A stretch of DNA of 64,000 nucleotides from Malacoraja senta. Lineage: Eukaryota. Below, piece by piece: positions 63,872-64,000 of this stretch. Made by a program: the position numbers and the translations under genes. Under the pieces are notes generated by a model that was given only the letters and a program-made list of their open reading frames with translations, made no database searches and was not told where the DNA came from. The stretch's first letter is position 1. Each line of letters starts with the position of its first letter. The stretch covers positions 1 through 64,000 of the forward strand of contig JAXLNO010000320.1 in NCBI GenBank assembly GCA_038087875.1, read 5' to 3'.

Positions 63872-64000
63872 TTCATAAGTGATAGGAGCAGAATTAGGCC
63901 ATACGATCCATCAAGTCTACTCTGCCATTCCATCATGGCTGATCTATCTTTCCCTCTTAACCCCATTCTCCTGCCTTCTCTCCATAACCCCTGACACCCG
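63872..64000 (-). mobile_element. CR1 LINE 3' end (runs off window)
   Basis: Closely similar to 24636-24770 (ATAGGAGCAGAATTAGGCCA...GGCTGATCTATCT). Confidence 0.85.

Noticed and set aside
36457..64000. CREBBP exon 3 or later
   Set aside because: No matching coding sequence recognised; presumed to lie beyond the window.

Overview
Eukaryotic (vertebrate) genomic DNA. The repeat complement (CR1 LINEs, tRNA-derived SINEs, abundant Penelope-like elements) suggests a cartilaginous fish such as a skate or ray; this is an inference. The window holds the last four recognisable coding exons and 3' UTR of adenylate cyclase 9 (ADCY9, + strand, 8495-17128). About 15 kb further on are the CpG-island promoter and first two coding exons of CREBBP/CBP (+ strand, 32262-32346 and 35729-36456); the rest of the window appears to be CREBBP intron 2. 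The remainder is mostly transposable-element sequence: CR1, Rex/Babar- and L2-like LINE pieces, SINEs, a Penelope RT/GIY-YIG copy with a target-site duplication (TSD), a full-length defective Tc1, and non-autonomous hAT, pogo/Tigger, Harbinger and foldback elements, some nested three deep. The most notable patterns are: (1) many Penelope-derived short repeats carrying a minimal hammerhead-ribozyme-like core, often as inverted or tandem cassettes; (2) a composite hAT element that carries a Tigger-like element, a long palindrome and NRF1 motifs; (3) a duplicated CRE/GC-box module in the CBP promoter; (4) an orphan CpG island in CREBBP intron 2; (5) a perfect 84-bp inverted repeat. Most short ORFs in the supplied track are spurious or TE-derived. 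TE boundaries without TSDs are approximate.
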